Made by a program: the position numbers and the translations under genes. Source: Parachlamydiales bacterium (GTDB lineage Bacteria; Chlamydiota; Chlamydiia; Chlamydiales; JAFEGQ01). Taken from it: DNA of 64,000 bases. The notes under the pieces are model-generated. The model was not told the origin of the DNA. It was given only the letters and a program-made list of their open reading frames with translations, and ran no database searches. This document shows positions 1 to 8,154 of this stretch, one piece after another. Location: the NCBI GenBank assembly GCA_050250135.1, contig JBFWPF010000010.1, positions 780-64,779 on the forward strand. The letters run 5' to 3'. How positions within the stretch are numbered: the stretch's first letter is position 1; every line of letters starts with the position of its first letter.

Positions 1-588
1 ACAGTTTACAATACCTTGAAAAGGGTGGATCTTGTTTGGATTTCAGGGCGCTCTCAACATCCTAACGCAGATATCGAAGCCCAAGAGAACTTTAAAAAAA
101 ATTCTCAAAGAACGTGATGGAAGTCCTCCCTCCTGGTGTAGAAATGGAAGCTGTCGACATCTGGTTTCAAGACGAAGCCAGGGTAGGTCAAAAGGGGACC
201 GTTACCCGCACTTGGGCAGAGAAGGGAAGTCGGCCTCGCCTACTTCGGCAACAGCAATTTGAGTATGTCTATTTGTTTGGGGCCGTTTGTCCACAGCGAG
301 ACGAAGCTGTAGGGCTCGTCATGCCCGGGGTCAACACGGAAGCGATGCTCCTCCACCTTCAGCTTGTTTCTGCCAAGATTCCAAAGGGGCGTCATGGAGT
401 AATCGTCCTCGACCGAGCGGCTTGGCATACAACTAAGCGCCTCAAGAGATTTCCCAACTTATCTCTGCTGCCTCTCCCCCCGGCTTCCCCAGAGCTGAAT
501 CCAACCGAGCAAGTTTGGCAAGTTTTAAGGGATCGGTTTTTGAGTAACCGCTCATACGAAGGCTATGAGGAGATCGTTAGTGCTTGCT
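1..588 (+). mobile_element. IS630-family insertion sequence, partial copy. The 5' end is off-window and the 3' end is cut off by a nested IS at 589.
   Basis: Frame 1 (1-117) reads ...SGRSQHPNADIEAQENFKKN. Frame 3 continues KKFSKNVMEVLPPGVEMEAVDIWFQDEARVGQKG...LPPASPELNPTEQVWQVLRDRFLSNRSYEGYEEIVSAC, a typical IS630/Tc1-like DDE core. Nt 416-588 look identical to the reverse complement of 63828-64000. Confidence 0.85.
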
Positions 589-1801
589 CAGGGCTAGCGC
601 ATCAAAAATTAACTTTTCATTTTAGGGCCTAGATGGCATGAATTTTACCTTCCCGACCAAAGGAGGTAGAATATGTCGGCCAATGAAAAGACCAGCCCAA
701 GAATTGTGGACCACTTCAGTCTGTGTGATGACCCTCGACGTTGTCGTATCCAACACAAACTCATTGACATCCTAGTCATTATCATCCTCGCTACTATGTG
801 CGGAGAGGAGGGCTGGGAGGGGTTTGTTGATTGGGCAACGGACAAGGAGGAATATCTGCGACGGTTTCTTCCTTTGTCGAATGGCATCCCATCGCCTGAC
901 ACCCTGCGTCGAGTCGTGGAAAGGGTAGACGTAGACCAGTTCCTGTCGGCATTCATTGGGTGGACCGAGGAAGTTAAAGTCCGGATCCCTGGTCAGATGT
1001 GTTTTGATGGAAAAACTCTCCGGAAAGCCGGCAGTCCACTTCATATTGTCTCAGCGTGGTGTGAGGCTAATCGAATGGTATTGGGAGCTGTCCACACGGA
1101 GCAAAAGGGGAAGGAAATCCCAGCTATCGACAAGCTGCTTGACTTGCTCATCCTGCAGGAAGGCGATATCGTGACGATTGATGCCATAGGCTGTCAACAG
1201 CAGATCATCTCAAAGATTGTGGACCAGAAGGCTGACTATGTCATTGCCCTGAAGGGTAACCAGGGCAACCTACATGGGGAAGTCGAGAACTACTTTTTCC
1301 AAGCTGTGAAGGCCCCGGTCGAGGCACATTGTGAAGCTGTAGGTGCCCTGGAGGTACTCCGTGGCCGATCGGATATTCATGAGGTTTGGGTAACGCAGAA
1401 CCTGGACTGGCTCCCTCAGCTAGGCGATTGGCCAGGTCTCCGTAGCCTGATCATGGTGGAGCGACGCTGGGAAGCAGCCGGCAAGAAGCAGCAGGAGCGG
1501 CGATATTATATATCTAGCCTGCGATATTCACCGGAGCAACTGGGCCATCTGATTCGCCGACACTGGTCGATAGAAAACGAATTTCATTGGCATTTGGACG
1601 TGACCATGAAAGAAGACGAGAGCGACATCGGGGCAGCAGCTAACAAGAATCTCCGAGTGGCCCGCACTATTGCGCTGAATTTGCTACGTGAGGACCACAC
1701 CTACAAGCGTGGCCTGAGGGCAAAGATGCGAAGGTGCCATCGCTCAGAAGCGTACCTGGATCAGGTCTTATCAGTAGGAAATTTTTGATGCGCTAGCCCT
1801 G
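589..1801 (+). mobile_element. Complete ISAs1-family insertion sequence (1213 bp) nested in the IS630 copy
   Basis: Perfect 22-bp terminal inverted repeats: CAGGGCTAGCGCATCAAAAATT at 589-610 and its reverse complement at 1780-1801. They enclose a single transposase ORF. The IS630 reading frame is broken exactly at 588/589. Confidence 0.9.
673..1788 (+). CDS. ISAs1-family (H-repeat-associated, DDE) transposase
   Basis: 371 aa. It matches E. coli YhhI-type ISAs1 transposases along its length: HKLIDILVIIILATMCGEEGWEGF, NGIPSPDTLRRV, FDGKTLR, TIDAIGCQ, YVIALKGNQ, YYISSL, IRRHWSIENEFHWHLDVTMKEDE. Confidence 0.9.
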   Translation: MSANEKTSPRIVDHFSLCDDPRRCRIQHKLIDILVIIILATMCGEEGWEGFVDWATDKEEYLRRFLPLSNGIPSPDTLRRVVERVDVDQFLSAFIGWTEEVKVRIPGQMCFDGKTLRKAGSPLHIVSAWCEANRMVLGAVHTEQKGKEIPAIDKLLDLLILQEGDIVTIDAIGCQQQIISKIVDQKADYVIALKGNQGNLHGEVENYFFQAVKAPVEAHCEAVGALEVLRGRSDIHEVWVTQNLDWLPQLGDWPGLRSLIMVERRWEAAGKKQQERRYYISSLRYSPEQLGHLIRRHWSIENEFHWHLDVTMKEDESDIGAAANKNLRVARTIALNLLREDHTYKRGLRAKMRRCHRSEAYLDQVLSVGNF

Positions 1802-1831
1802 CCTTCGACATACGCAGCTTAATTATCCTTA

Positions 1832-2254
1832 TTGTCAATCCTATTATGTGGATGTTCTTGGTTTACGCTACGGGCTCGACAGATTTATTGGTGCGCGACA
1901 GGTACAAATTGGGAGGACATTGACGTGTTACTGCGGCCTCTATTCCTATTTCTATGGCACATGGTTCTCCACTCCTTTGATTGGCTGGCCCCTCACTTGG
2001 CTGGTCTGGGTTTTCATCAACAACTAGCGATCCATGTGGCACTTGGCGGGGCATTGACCCTCCTTGTGGTTGGCCTTGGGGGTTATCTCCTAAATCGAAT
2101 GCTGGGGTGGAGGAGCCTACTGATCCTGCTGGTTACACCTGGGATATGGCTAGTCTTGCTACTCTATACCAACTCTCTCCGCTTGTTTTGGAAGGGTGTC
2201 TCTGTTCCCGTACCGACTACTAGCACAGCAATAGCCAATGCTAGGAGAGATTAG
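1832..2254 (+). CDS. Hypothetical membrane protein; weak call, possibly spurious
   Basis: 140-aa ORF with 2-3 hydrophobic helices (ALGGALTLLVVGLGGYLL, LLILLVTPGIWLVLLLY). No recognisable family and no clear RBS. Confidence 0.25.
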   Translation: MSILLCGCSWFTLRARQIYWCATGTNWEDIDVLLRPLFLFLWHMVLHSFDWLAPHLAGLGFHQQLAIHVALGGALTLLVVGLGGYLLNRMLGWRSLLILLVTPGIWLVLLLYTNSLRLFWKGVSVPVPTTSTAIANARRD

Positions 2255-2299
2255 AGCGCATCATCAATTTTCCCTTCAGACCCTGGTGAAAGGGGTCTC

Positions 2300-3169
2300 T
2301 TACCAGGCGGCTAGGCGGAGAAAGGCCTCGGCTGGCCAACGGAGGGCTCGGTATTCCCACGCCCTTACAACAAGGCCGGGGACGGGGAGGTCGATTGGCC
2401 GACCCACCAGCCGGGAGCCCGAATAGATGACGAGAGCCATCTGGGCCGCCCCCAGCAGAAAACGGGAGGGGTGGTAGGCGATCCGGCGGGGAAGGCCCCC
2501 ATTGATCCCCTGACTCAGGGAACCGAGGATCCCTATCTTGTAAAAGGGGATCTTCTGGTCGGTGACAAGAGCAGATGGCCAGTGAACGGTGTTCTGATAG
2601 TATCCTTCGTAGTCTGCGGGTTCCTTCTCGAGTGGAGAATTAAGGATCCAGGGGTGGAAGTCTAATACCGCAGTCTTATGCCAGTAAGCCTGGTAGGAGT
2701 CATCACGGGGGCGCTGATGAACTTTCACCGTCGGTACCAAAAAGCTCAGGGCAAGGGCCACATACCAGTGCTGATCGAGAAACCCCTTAGAGAGGCCCAC
2801 GTCATGGGATAACCCAAGGCCCGAATAGCTCCTAGGGCCGACGTATTTTATCTGAAGTACCTCTGCAGGATCGAGCTCAGGGCGGCGGCTATCCCGCCAG
2901 ACATTCACCAGCCCTACTGAGGTCTCCTCAACAAGGCCATGCTTTCCCCCGCGATCGGGGTCGGCCCCAAACAGGTGGATCCCCAGGCAGCCCTTTAGAC
3001 CCGTCCCGTGGCGGAGGGTGTCTACCACCAAAAGATGGGATAGAGAACTCTCAAAAAGGTGGTACAGGCAGTAGCCGCTATAGCCCAACCAAGCAGCCCT
3101 AACGGGCCAGGTATTGGCCACCCAACAAGCGGCTTTATAGCAAGATTGTGCACCCGATACAATAAACAT
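2300..3169 (-). CDS. Hypothetical protein
   Basis: 289-aa ORF preceded by an AT-rich promoter-like tract (3170-3235). Ends in ...FLRLAAW. No family recognised. The terminal aromatic residue and alternating pattern hint at an outer-membrane barrel, but this is unproven. Confidence 0.5.
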   Translation of the reverse strand: MFIVSGAQSCYKAACWVANTWPVRAAWLGYSGYCLYHLFESSLSHLLVVDTLRHGTGLKGCLGIHLFGADPDRGGKHGLVEETSVGLVNVWRDSRRPELDPAEVLQIKYVGPRSYSGLGLSHDVGLSKGFLDQHWYVALALSFLVPTVKVHQRPRDDSYQAYWHKTAVLDFHPWILNSPLEKEPADYEGYYQNTVHWPSALVTDQKIPFYKIGILGSLSQGINGGLPRRIAYHPSRFLLGAAQMALVIYSGSRLVGRPIDLPVPGLVVRAWEYRALRWPAEAFLRLAAW

Positions 3170-3223
3170 GCTATAATTATTAATATTTTCCCATTACTTG
3201 TCAATAAACAAAAAAATATATTG

Positions 3224-3826
3224 TCAATTACAGGGGGTGTCGGGGTTCTGGGGGAGATTGGGGGGGACCCGGCGTAAGGGACAGGGGTTCTGGCCGGGGC
3301 GGCTAGTGGCGTAGCCGATAAGGTTGCCCATCTGGTCAAGAACCGCCTGGGCCTGGGGAGCGAGCTCAGGGCTCTCCCGGATGATCAGGGTCAGGGCCGC
3401 CCTATCCTGCTCGAAAAGGAGAGGAAAGGTCCCCTGGACCAGCTGGCGGTAGAGGATCGGGCTGCGCCAGGTATAGGCAAGCTGCTGCTCAAAGCGGCGG
3501 ACCCGGTAGCCCGCCTGGGCGATCTGGGTCTCAAAAAGCTCCCTCTGCAGGCGCTCTGCCCGCTCCTGAAGGCGTCCCGCCTCTACGGCAATGGTGTTGT
3601 AGTCGCGAGCGAACTCCTCCACCCGCCGATCAAATGGGGTAGCACAGGCGGTCTTGTCGAGGGGGCGGTCGGGCCCGGTAAACGGACACAAGGAAGAGCA
3701 GACTAGGAGGAGAACTCCTGCTCGAGCGACGGAAAGAGGGGATCTTTGCGGATAGGGTCGAACTCCTCCCGCTTGAGCGCCTCCTCGATGCCGTCCATCT
3801 TCTCCTGCTTGGCGCACTTGAGCCAC
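3224..3826 (-). CDS. Hypothetical coiled-coil protein; start unresolved
   Basis: The ORF is open from 3913. The region downstream of the M50 stop (3224-3700) encodes a plausible helical protein (EEFARDYNTIAVEAGRLQERAERLQRELFETQIAQAGYR...). The only in-frame starts are ATG 3913 and GTG 3826/3817, all overlapping the upstream gene by more than 110 nt. Confidence 0.35.
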   Translation of the reverse strand: MAQVRQAGEDGRHRGGAQAGGVRPYPQRSPLSVARAGVLLLVCSSLCPFTGPDRPLDKTACATPFDRRVEEFARDYNTIAVEAGRLQERAERLQRELFETQIAQAGYRVRRFEQQLAYTWRSPILYRQLVQGTFPLLFEQDRAALTLIIRESPELAPQAQAVLDQMGNLIGYATSRPGQNPCPLRRVPPNLPQNPDTPCN

Positions 3827-4836
3827 CCCACCGCTGGTCTTACTTCCCGTTTCGCAGCATGGGAGAGCGCGTTGATAAAGGCAATATCCCCACTGGGGAA
3901 GTTCTGGAAACACTCCTTGCCACTCGAGATCGCCTCATCATAGTCCCGGTTCTTGTAGGCAAGCTTCTGGTAGAGGAGGAGGGCCTCAGGGCTGAGCCGC
4001 TTGCGGATCTCCTTGAGGTAGGTATAGGCCTTCCCCTGCTCCCCCTTGTCAGCCCAAAGGGTAGCGGCCGATTCGGTAGCCGCAGCAAAGATCAACCCCT
4101 TACCCGTAGAATTGCGGGCCTGCTCATAGAGGCTTAGGGCCTCATCGGTGTGCCCCTGCTCCCTCATCTCTTCGGCTCGGCGGAAGAGATTCTGTACCTT
4201 CTCATCCACGTCCCGGTCGGTAACGTCGCGGACCGAGCGCCAGCCCCGAAACGACTCGAAGGTGAGGAGGAAAAAGAGGGCCCCCGCTAGGAACCAGCCA
4301 ACGATAAAAAAGGCGATCGTGGCAGCAGCGCCCAAGACCATGCTGGCAATGAGGGCGATCGAGAGGCCGCGGGCCCCAAAGATCCCCTCCAGAATCACCC
4401 GCATGAGGTGCCCCCCGTCAAGAGGGAGGACGGGGAAGAGGTTCAAGAGGGTCCAGATCAGATTGACAAATGCCCCCCCCTTGATGGCGATCTGAGCCAG
4501 AAGGGGCCAGTGGGCGGCCGTTGGAAGGAGGGCATAGCACCCCAAACCGAGGAGAAGGCCAAAAAGGGGGCCGTTAAATATTATAATAAACTCTTTAATT
4601 TTTCCGAGCTTGGGCCCCTCGCGGGCGGTAAGGCCGCCGAACATCATGATCTGGATCCGGACGCTCTGCTTGAAGGCCATTGCAGTGAGGGCGTGGCCGA
4701 GCTCGTGAACGATGATCGAGACGAGGATGACGAGGGCCATGACGATGGTCCCCCAGAGGGACTCGGTATAGAGAAAGCCGATCAGGAGGGCAAAGACCCA
4801 GAAGAGGGGGTGGATCGAGAGGGAAAACCGCTTCAT
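3703..4836 (-). CDS. M50-family (site-2 protease-like) zinc metalloprotease with a C-terminal TPR-like domain
   Basis: HELGH (HExxH) in a TM helix, a second M50 motif [12 protein letters not shown], multiple TM helices, and a C-terminal ~150-aa helical repeat region (ALSLYEQA..., [15 protein letters not shown]). Confidence 0.8.
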   Translation of the reverse strand: MKRFSLSIHPLFWVFALLIGFLYTESLWGTIVMALVILVSIIVHELGHALTAMAFKQSVRIQIMMFGGLTAREGPKLGKIKEFIIIFNGPLFGLLLGLGCYALLPTAAHWPLLAQIAIKGGAFVNLIWTLLNLFPVLPLDGGHLMRVILEGIFGARGLSIALIASMVLGAAATIAFFIVGWFLAGALFFLLTFESFRGWRSVRDVTDRDVDEKVQNLFRRAEEMREQGHTDEALSLYEQARNSTGKGLIFAAATESAATLWADKGEQGKAYTYLKEIRKRLSPEALLLYQKLAYKNRDYDEAISSGKECFQNFPSGDIAFINALSHAAKREVRPAVGWLKCAKQEKMDGIEEALKREEFDPIRKDPLFPSLEQEFSS

Positions 4837-5702
4837 GCGAGCGCGCTCTTCATCGCCTCGCCCATTTCGGCGGGTGACTTGGCAACGGTGGCGCCCGCCT
4901 TTTGGAGGGCCTTGACCTTGTCGGCTGCGGTCCCCTTGCCGCCTGAGACAATGGCGCCGGCATGGCCCATCCTGCGGCCGGGAGTGGCGGTGGCACCGGC
5001 GATAAAGGCAGCAACCGGTTTGGAGCCCTTTTCCCTAATCCAAGCGGCCGCCTCCTCCTCAGCGCTGCCGCCGATCTCGCCGATCATCAGGATCCCTTCC
5101 GTTTCGGGGTCGCCTTCGAAGAGCTCGAGCATGTCGACAAAGCTGGTCCCGTTGAGGGGATCGCCGCCGATACCGACGCAGGTCGACTGACCAAGGCCAT
5201 TGCGGGTCGTCTGCCAAACCGCTTCGTAGGTGAGGGTTCCCGATCGGGAGACAATCCCAATCTTCCCTCTCTTGTGGATGTAACCGGGCATGATCCCAAT
5301 TTTACACTCGCCGGGGGTAATCACGCCAGGACAGTTGGGGCCGATAAGGCGGCTTTTTGAACCGGCCATGATCCGTTTGACCTCAAGCATATCGCGTACC
5401 GGAATCCCTTCGGTGATGCAGACGATCAGTTCGATGCCGGCGTCCTCGGCCTCAAGGATTGCGTCGGCGGCAAAGGGGGGTGGGACAAAGATCAGGCTGG
5501 CGGTGGGCTGGGTGGCCTTTTTTGCCTCGTGGACGGTGTCAAAGATGGGAAGACCGAGGGTGGTCTGCCCCCCCTTGCCGGGGGTAACCCCTCCGACATA
5601 CTTGGAGCCATACTCGAGCCCCTGCTGGGTGTGGAAGGAGCCAGCATTGCCGGTGATCCCTTGGGTGATGACGCGGGTTGCTTTGTCGATCAGGACAGCC
5701 AT
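4833..5702 (-). CDS. sucD: Succinyl-CoA ligase subunit alpha
   Basis: 289 aa. [16 protein letters not shown] CoA-binding N-terminus, phosphohistidine region [15 protein letters not shown]. Sits immediately downstream of sucC. Confidence 0.95.
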   Translation of the reverse strand: MAVLIDKATRVITQGITGNAGSFHTQQGLEYGSKYVGGVTPGKGGQTTLGLPIFDTVHEAKKATQPTASLIFVPPPFAADAILEAEDAGIELIVCITEGIPVRDMLEVKRIMAGSKSRLIGPNCPGVITPGECKIGIMPGYIHKRGKIGIVSRSGTLTYEAVWQTTRNGLGQSTCVGIGGDPLNGTSFVDMLELFEGDPETEGILMIGEIGGSAEEEAAAWIREKGSKPVAAFIAGATATPGRRMGHAGAIVSGGKGTAADKVKALQKAGATVAKSPAEMGEAMKSALA

Positions 5703-5707
5703 GGGAC

Positions 5708-6868
5708 CTACCGGAGGGTAGCGACAACCTTCTCAGCAGCTGAGGCGAGGTCGTCGGCGGTGATGATGTTGAGCTTGGACTCCTTGAGGAGGGCTTTGCC
5801 GTGGGAGACGTTGGTCCCCTCCATCCGGACAACGAGGGGGACGTGGATATCGAGCTCTTTGGCAGCCGCGATCACCCCTTCGGCGATAGTGGCGCAGTTC
5901 ATGATGCCGCCAAAGATGTTGATCAGGATCGCCTTCACCTTGGGATCGGAGAGGATGATCTTAAAGCCGGCAGCAACCTTCTCCTTATCGGCACTCCCGC
6001 CGACATCGAGGAAGTTGGCAGGGCGGCCGCCATAGACAGCGATGATATCCATCGTGGCCATCGCAAGGCCAGCTCCGTTGACCATGCAGCCGATGTTCCC
6101 ATCGAGGGCGATGTAGGCGAGGTCATACTTGGTGGCGGCTACCTCCCCTTCGGGCTGCTGCGTGGGGTCGTAGTACTGGGCAATCTCTTTCTGCCGGAAG
6201 AGGGCGTTGTCGTCGATGGCGAGCTTGGCATCGAGGGCGAGAAGCTCCCCCTTAGGGGTCTCAACCAAGGGGTTGATCTCGAGGAGGGAGGCGTCGGTAT
6301 CGGTAAAGGCCTTGGCCAGCCCGCTCACGATCTTCTTCCCCTGTTTGGCCAGCTCCCCCTTCCATCCCATAAACTTCATCAGCCGGACGAGGTGGAAACC
6401 CCGAACCCGCCCATCAAGCTCGATCGGGACCGTCAGGATCCGCTCAGGGGTCTTGGCGGCGACCTCCTCGATCTCCATCCCCCCTTCAGGGGAGGCAATA
6501 ATGGTCGGAGTGGCGCTCTCCCGGTCGATGATGCAGCCGATGTAGTACTCCTTGGCGATGTCGACCGGATCGGAGATAAGCACCTGATGGGCGGTGACCC
6601 CTTCGGGCCCCGTCTGGTGGGTCACCAGGTGCATCCCGATCATCCCCTTGCAGAGGGAGAGGATCTCGTCAGGAGTCTTGCCGAATTTCACACCCCCCGC
6701 CTTCCCCCGCCCGCCCGCATGGACCTGGACCTTGACCACGCCGGCCTTCAATCCGCTCTCTTTAAGAAATTTGCGAGCCTCCTCAACGGAGCTGGCGACC
6801 CCATAGCGGGGGATGGGGATCCCATACTTAGCCAGGATCTCTTTGGCTTGGTACTCGTGGGTGTTCAT
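5708..6868 (-). CDS. sucC: Succinyl-CoA ligase subunit beta
   Basis: 386 aa. [21 protein letters not shown]-grasp N-terminus and C-terminal ligase-CoA domain (NIFGGIM...). Confidence 0.95.
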   Translation of the reverse strand: MNTHEYQAKEILAKYGIPIPRYGVASSVEEARKFLKESGLKAGVVKVQVHAGGRGKAGGVKFGKTPDEILSLCKGMIGMHLVTHQTGPEGVTAHQVLISDPVDIAKEYYIGCIIDRESATPTIIASPEGGMEIEEVAAKTPERILTVPIELDGRVRGFHLVRLMKFMGWKGELAKQGKKIVSGLAKAFTDTDASLLEINPLVETPKGELLALDAKLAIDDNALFRQKEIAQYYDPTQQPEGEVAATKYDLAYIALDGNIGCMVNGAGLAMATMDIIAVYGGRPANFLDVGGSADKEKVAAGFKIILSDPKVKAILINIFGGIMNCATIAEGVIAAAKELDIHVPLVVRMEGTNVSHGKALLKESKLNIITADDLASAAEKVVATLR

Positions 6869-6938
6869 ACCCCCCGTCTAGCTTAACTAAAATTTTTTCT
6901 CCATAGAATTCATTCCCTCCCCTCTTTACAATGGCTCC

Positions 6939-7805
6939 ATGTTTAAGCTCGCCCGTTCATTTGGTAAAAAAATCGCCGGGATCTTTTCCACCGAGGTGGA
7001 TGAGGAGGCGCTAGAGTCCTTTGAGGAGCTTCTCGTCACCGCCGATCTGGGGATGGAGACGGCAACCGAGCTCTCCTCTTTGATCCGCAAAGGGATGCGG
7101 CGGGGGAAGACCACCGCAGAGGCGATCCTTCAGGAGATCCGGGCTGCCCTCCTCACTACCCTCCAGCAGCAGAGCCCTGAGCTCTCGACCGCTAAGCCGA
7201 CGGTCCTCTTTATCGTCGGGGTTAATGGGAATGGGAAGACCACCACGTGCGCCAAGCTGGCCCACTACTTTCAGCGGCGGGGGGAGTCGGTTCTTTTGGG
7301 CGCTGCCGACACCTTTCGAGCCGCGGCGATCGAGCAGCTTACCCTGTGGGCCGAGCGGCTAGATATCCCCCTCGTCAAGCATAAGGCGGGGAGCGATCCG
7401 GCAGCGGTCGTTTTCGACACCGTCTCAGCTGGCCTTTCCCGCGGCATCGACCGGATCATTATCGACACGGCGGGGCGCCTCCACAATAAGAGCGATCTGA
7501 TGGGAGAGCTGGCCAAGATGCAACGGGTAGCGGGCAAGGTCCTGCCCGACAGTCCCCATGAAACCCTTCTCGTACTCGATGCAACCACCGGCCAAAATGC
7601 GATCGACCAAGCGAAGGCCTTCCATGCCTCTACTCCCCTAACGGGTGTCATCCTGACCAAGCTTGATGGGAGCGCTAAAGGGGGGATGGCGGTGGCGATC
7701 CAGAAGCAGCTTGGCCTTCCGATTAAATTTGTGGGCACCGGTGAGGGGGCAGGCGATCTTGCCCCCTTTAGCGCCGAGGCCTTTGTAGAAGCCCTATTGA
7801 GGTAA
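6939..7805 (+). CDS. ftsY: Signal recognition particle receptor FtsY (short form)
   Basis: SRP-GTPase motifs GVNGNGKTTT, DTAGRLHNK and LTKLDGSAKGG. Confidence 0.9.
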   Translation: MFKLARSFGKKIAGIFSTEVDEEALESFEELLVTADLGMETATELSSLIRKGMRRGKTTAEAILQEIRAALLTTLQQQSPELSTAKPTVLFIVGVNGNGKTTTCAKLAHYFQRRGESVLLGAADTFRAAAIEQLTLWAERLDIPLVKHKAGSDPAAVVFDTVSAGLSRGIDRIIIDTAGRLHNKSDLMGELAKMQRVAGKVLPDSPHETLLVLDATTGQNAIDQAKAFHASTPLTGVILTKLDGSAKGGMAVAIQKQLGLPIKFVGTGEGAGDLAPFSAEAFVEALLR

Positions 7806-7809
7806 CATT

Positions 7810-8154
7810 ATGCACCGTCAAGGGATCCAGCGAACCGATGAGCTATGGGCAATGGGAGCGGTGGCTGCCGGAGGGACCGCCGCCGTGTTGGGGGTCGTCT
7901 CGATCGGCTCGCTCCTCATCCCCGCTCTCCGAATGGGGCCGGGTATTATCTTCTACGACCCAAGCCCTATTGGCGTCGTTATCCTTCTAGGCAAGCTGGT
8001 CGTCTACTATACCTTGGGGGCCCTCCTTCAAGCGCTGACAGGGGGAATTCCGGCCTCCACCTTCTTGAAAACGGCCCTCTACACGGGTCTCGGGGCGGTA
8101 GGCTCAGGGATCGCCTGCTGGTACTGCATCACCAAGGCTGACAAATGTCGATGA
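7810..8154 (+). CDS. Small hydrophobic membrane protein, lineage-specific
   Basis: 114 aa with three hydrophobic segments. Starts 4 nt after the ftsY stop and overlaps the next ORF by 10 nt, suggesting translational coupling. Confidence 0.55.
   Translation: MHRQGIQRTDELWAMGAVAAGGTAAVLGVVSIGSLLIPALRMGPGIIFYDPSPIGVVILLGKLVVYYTLGALLQALTGGIPASTFLKTALYTGLGAVGSGIACWYCITKADKCR

Noticed and set aside
1815-3235. The recurrent word TTGTCAAT (about 1824, 3198 and 3221, and also 26356 upstream of nqrF) as a possible shared regulatory site.
   Set aside because: It is only an 8-mer in AT-rich promoter-like tracts and is probably just a -35-like TTGTCA. That is too little evidence to call a regulon motif without a genome-wide scan.
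5801-6886. Long antisense ORFs opposite well-supported genes. Examples: 5801-6886 (+) opposite sucC, 21768-22853 (+) opposite lepA, 38982-40355 (+) opposite mfd, 19132-19875 (-) opposite npt1, 58643-59452 and 59513-60250 (+) opposite clpC, 46458-47173 (-) opposite tkt, 32650-33321 (-) opposite amn, and 53760-54398 (+) opposite the DUF2807 gene.
   Set aside because: They are low-complexity, Gly/Arg/Pro/Leu-rich translations typical of shadow frames in GC-rich DNA. The opposite strand encodes unmistakable conserved proteins.
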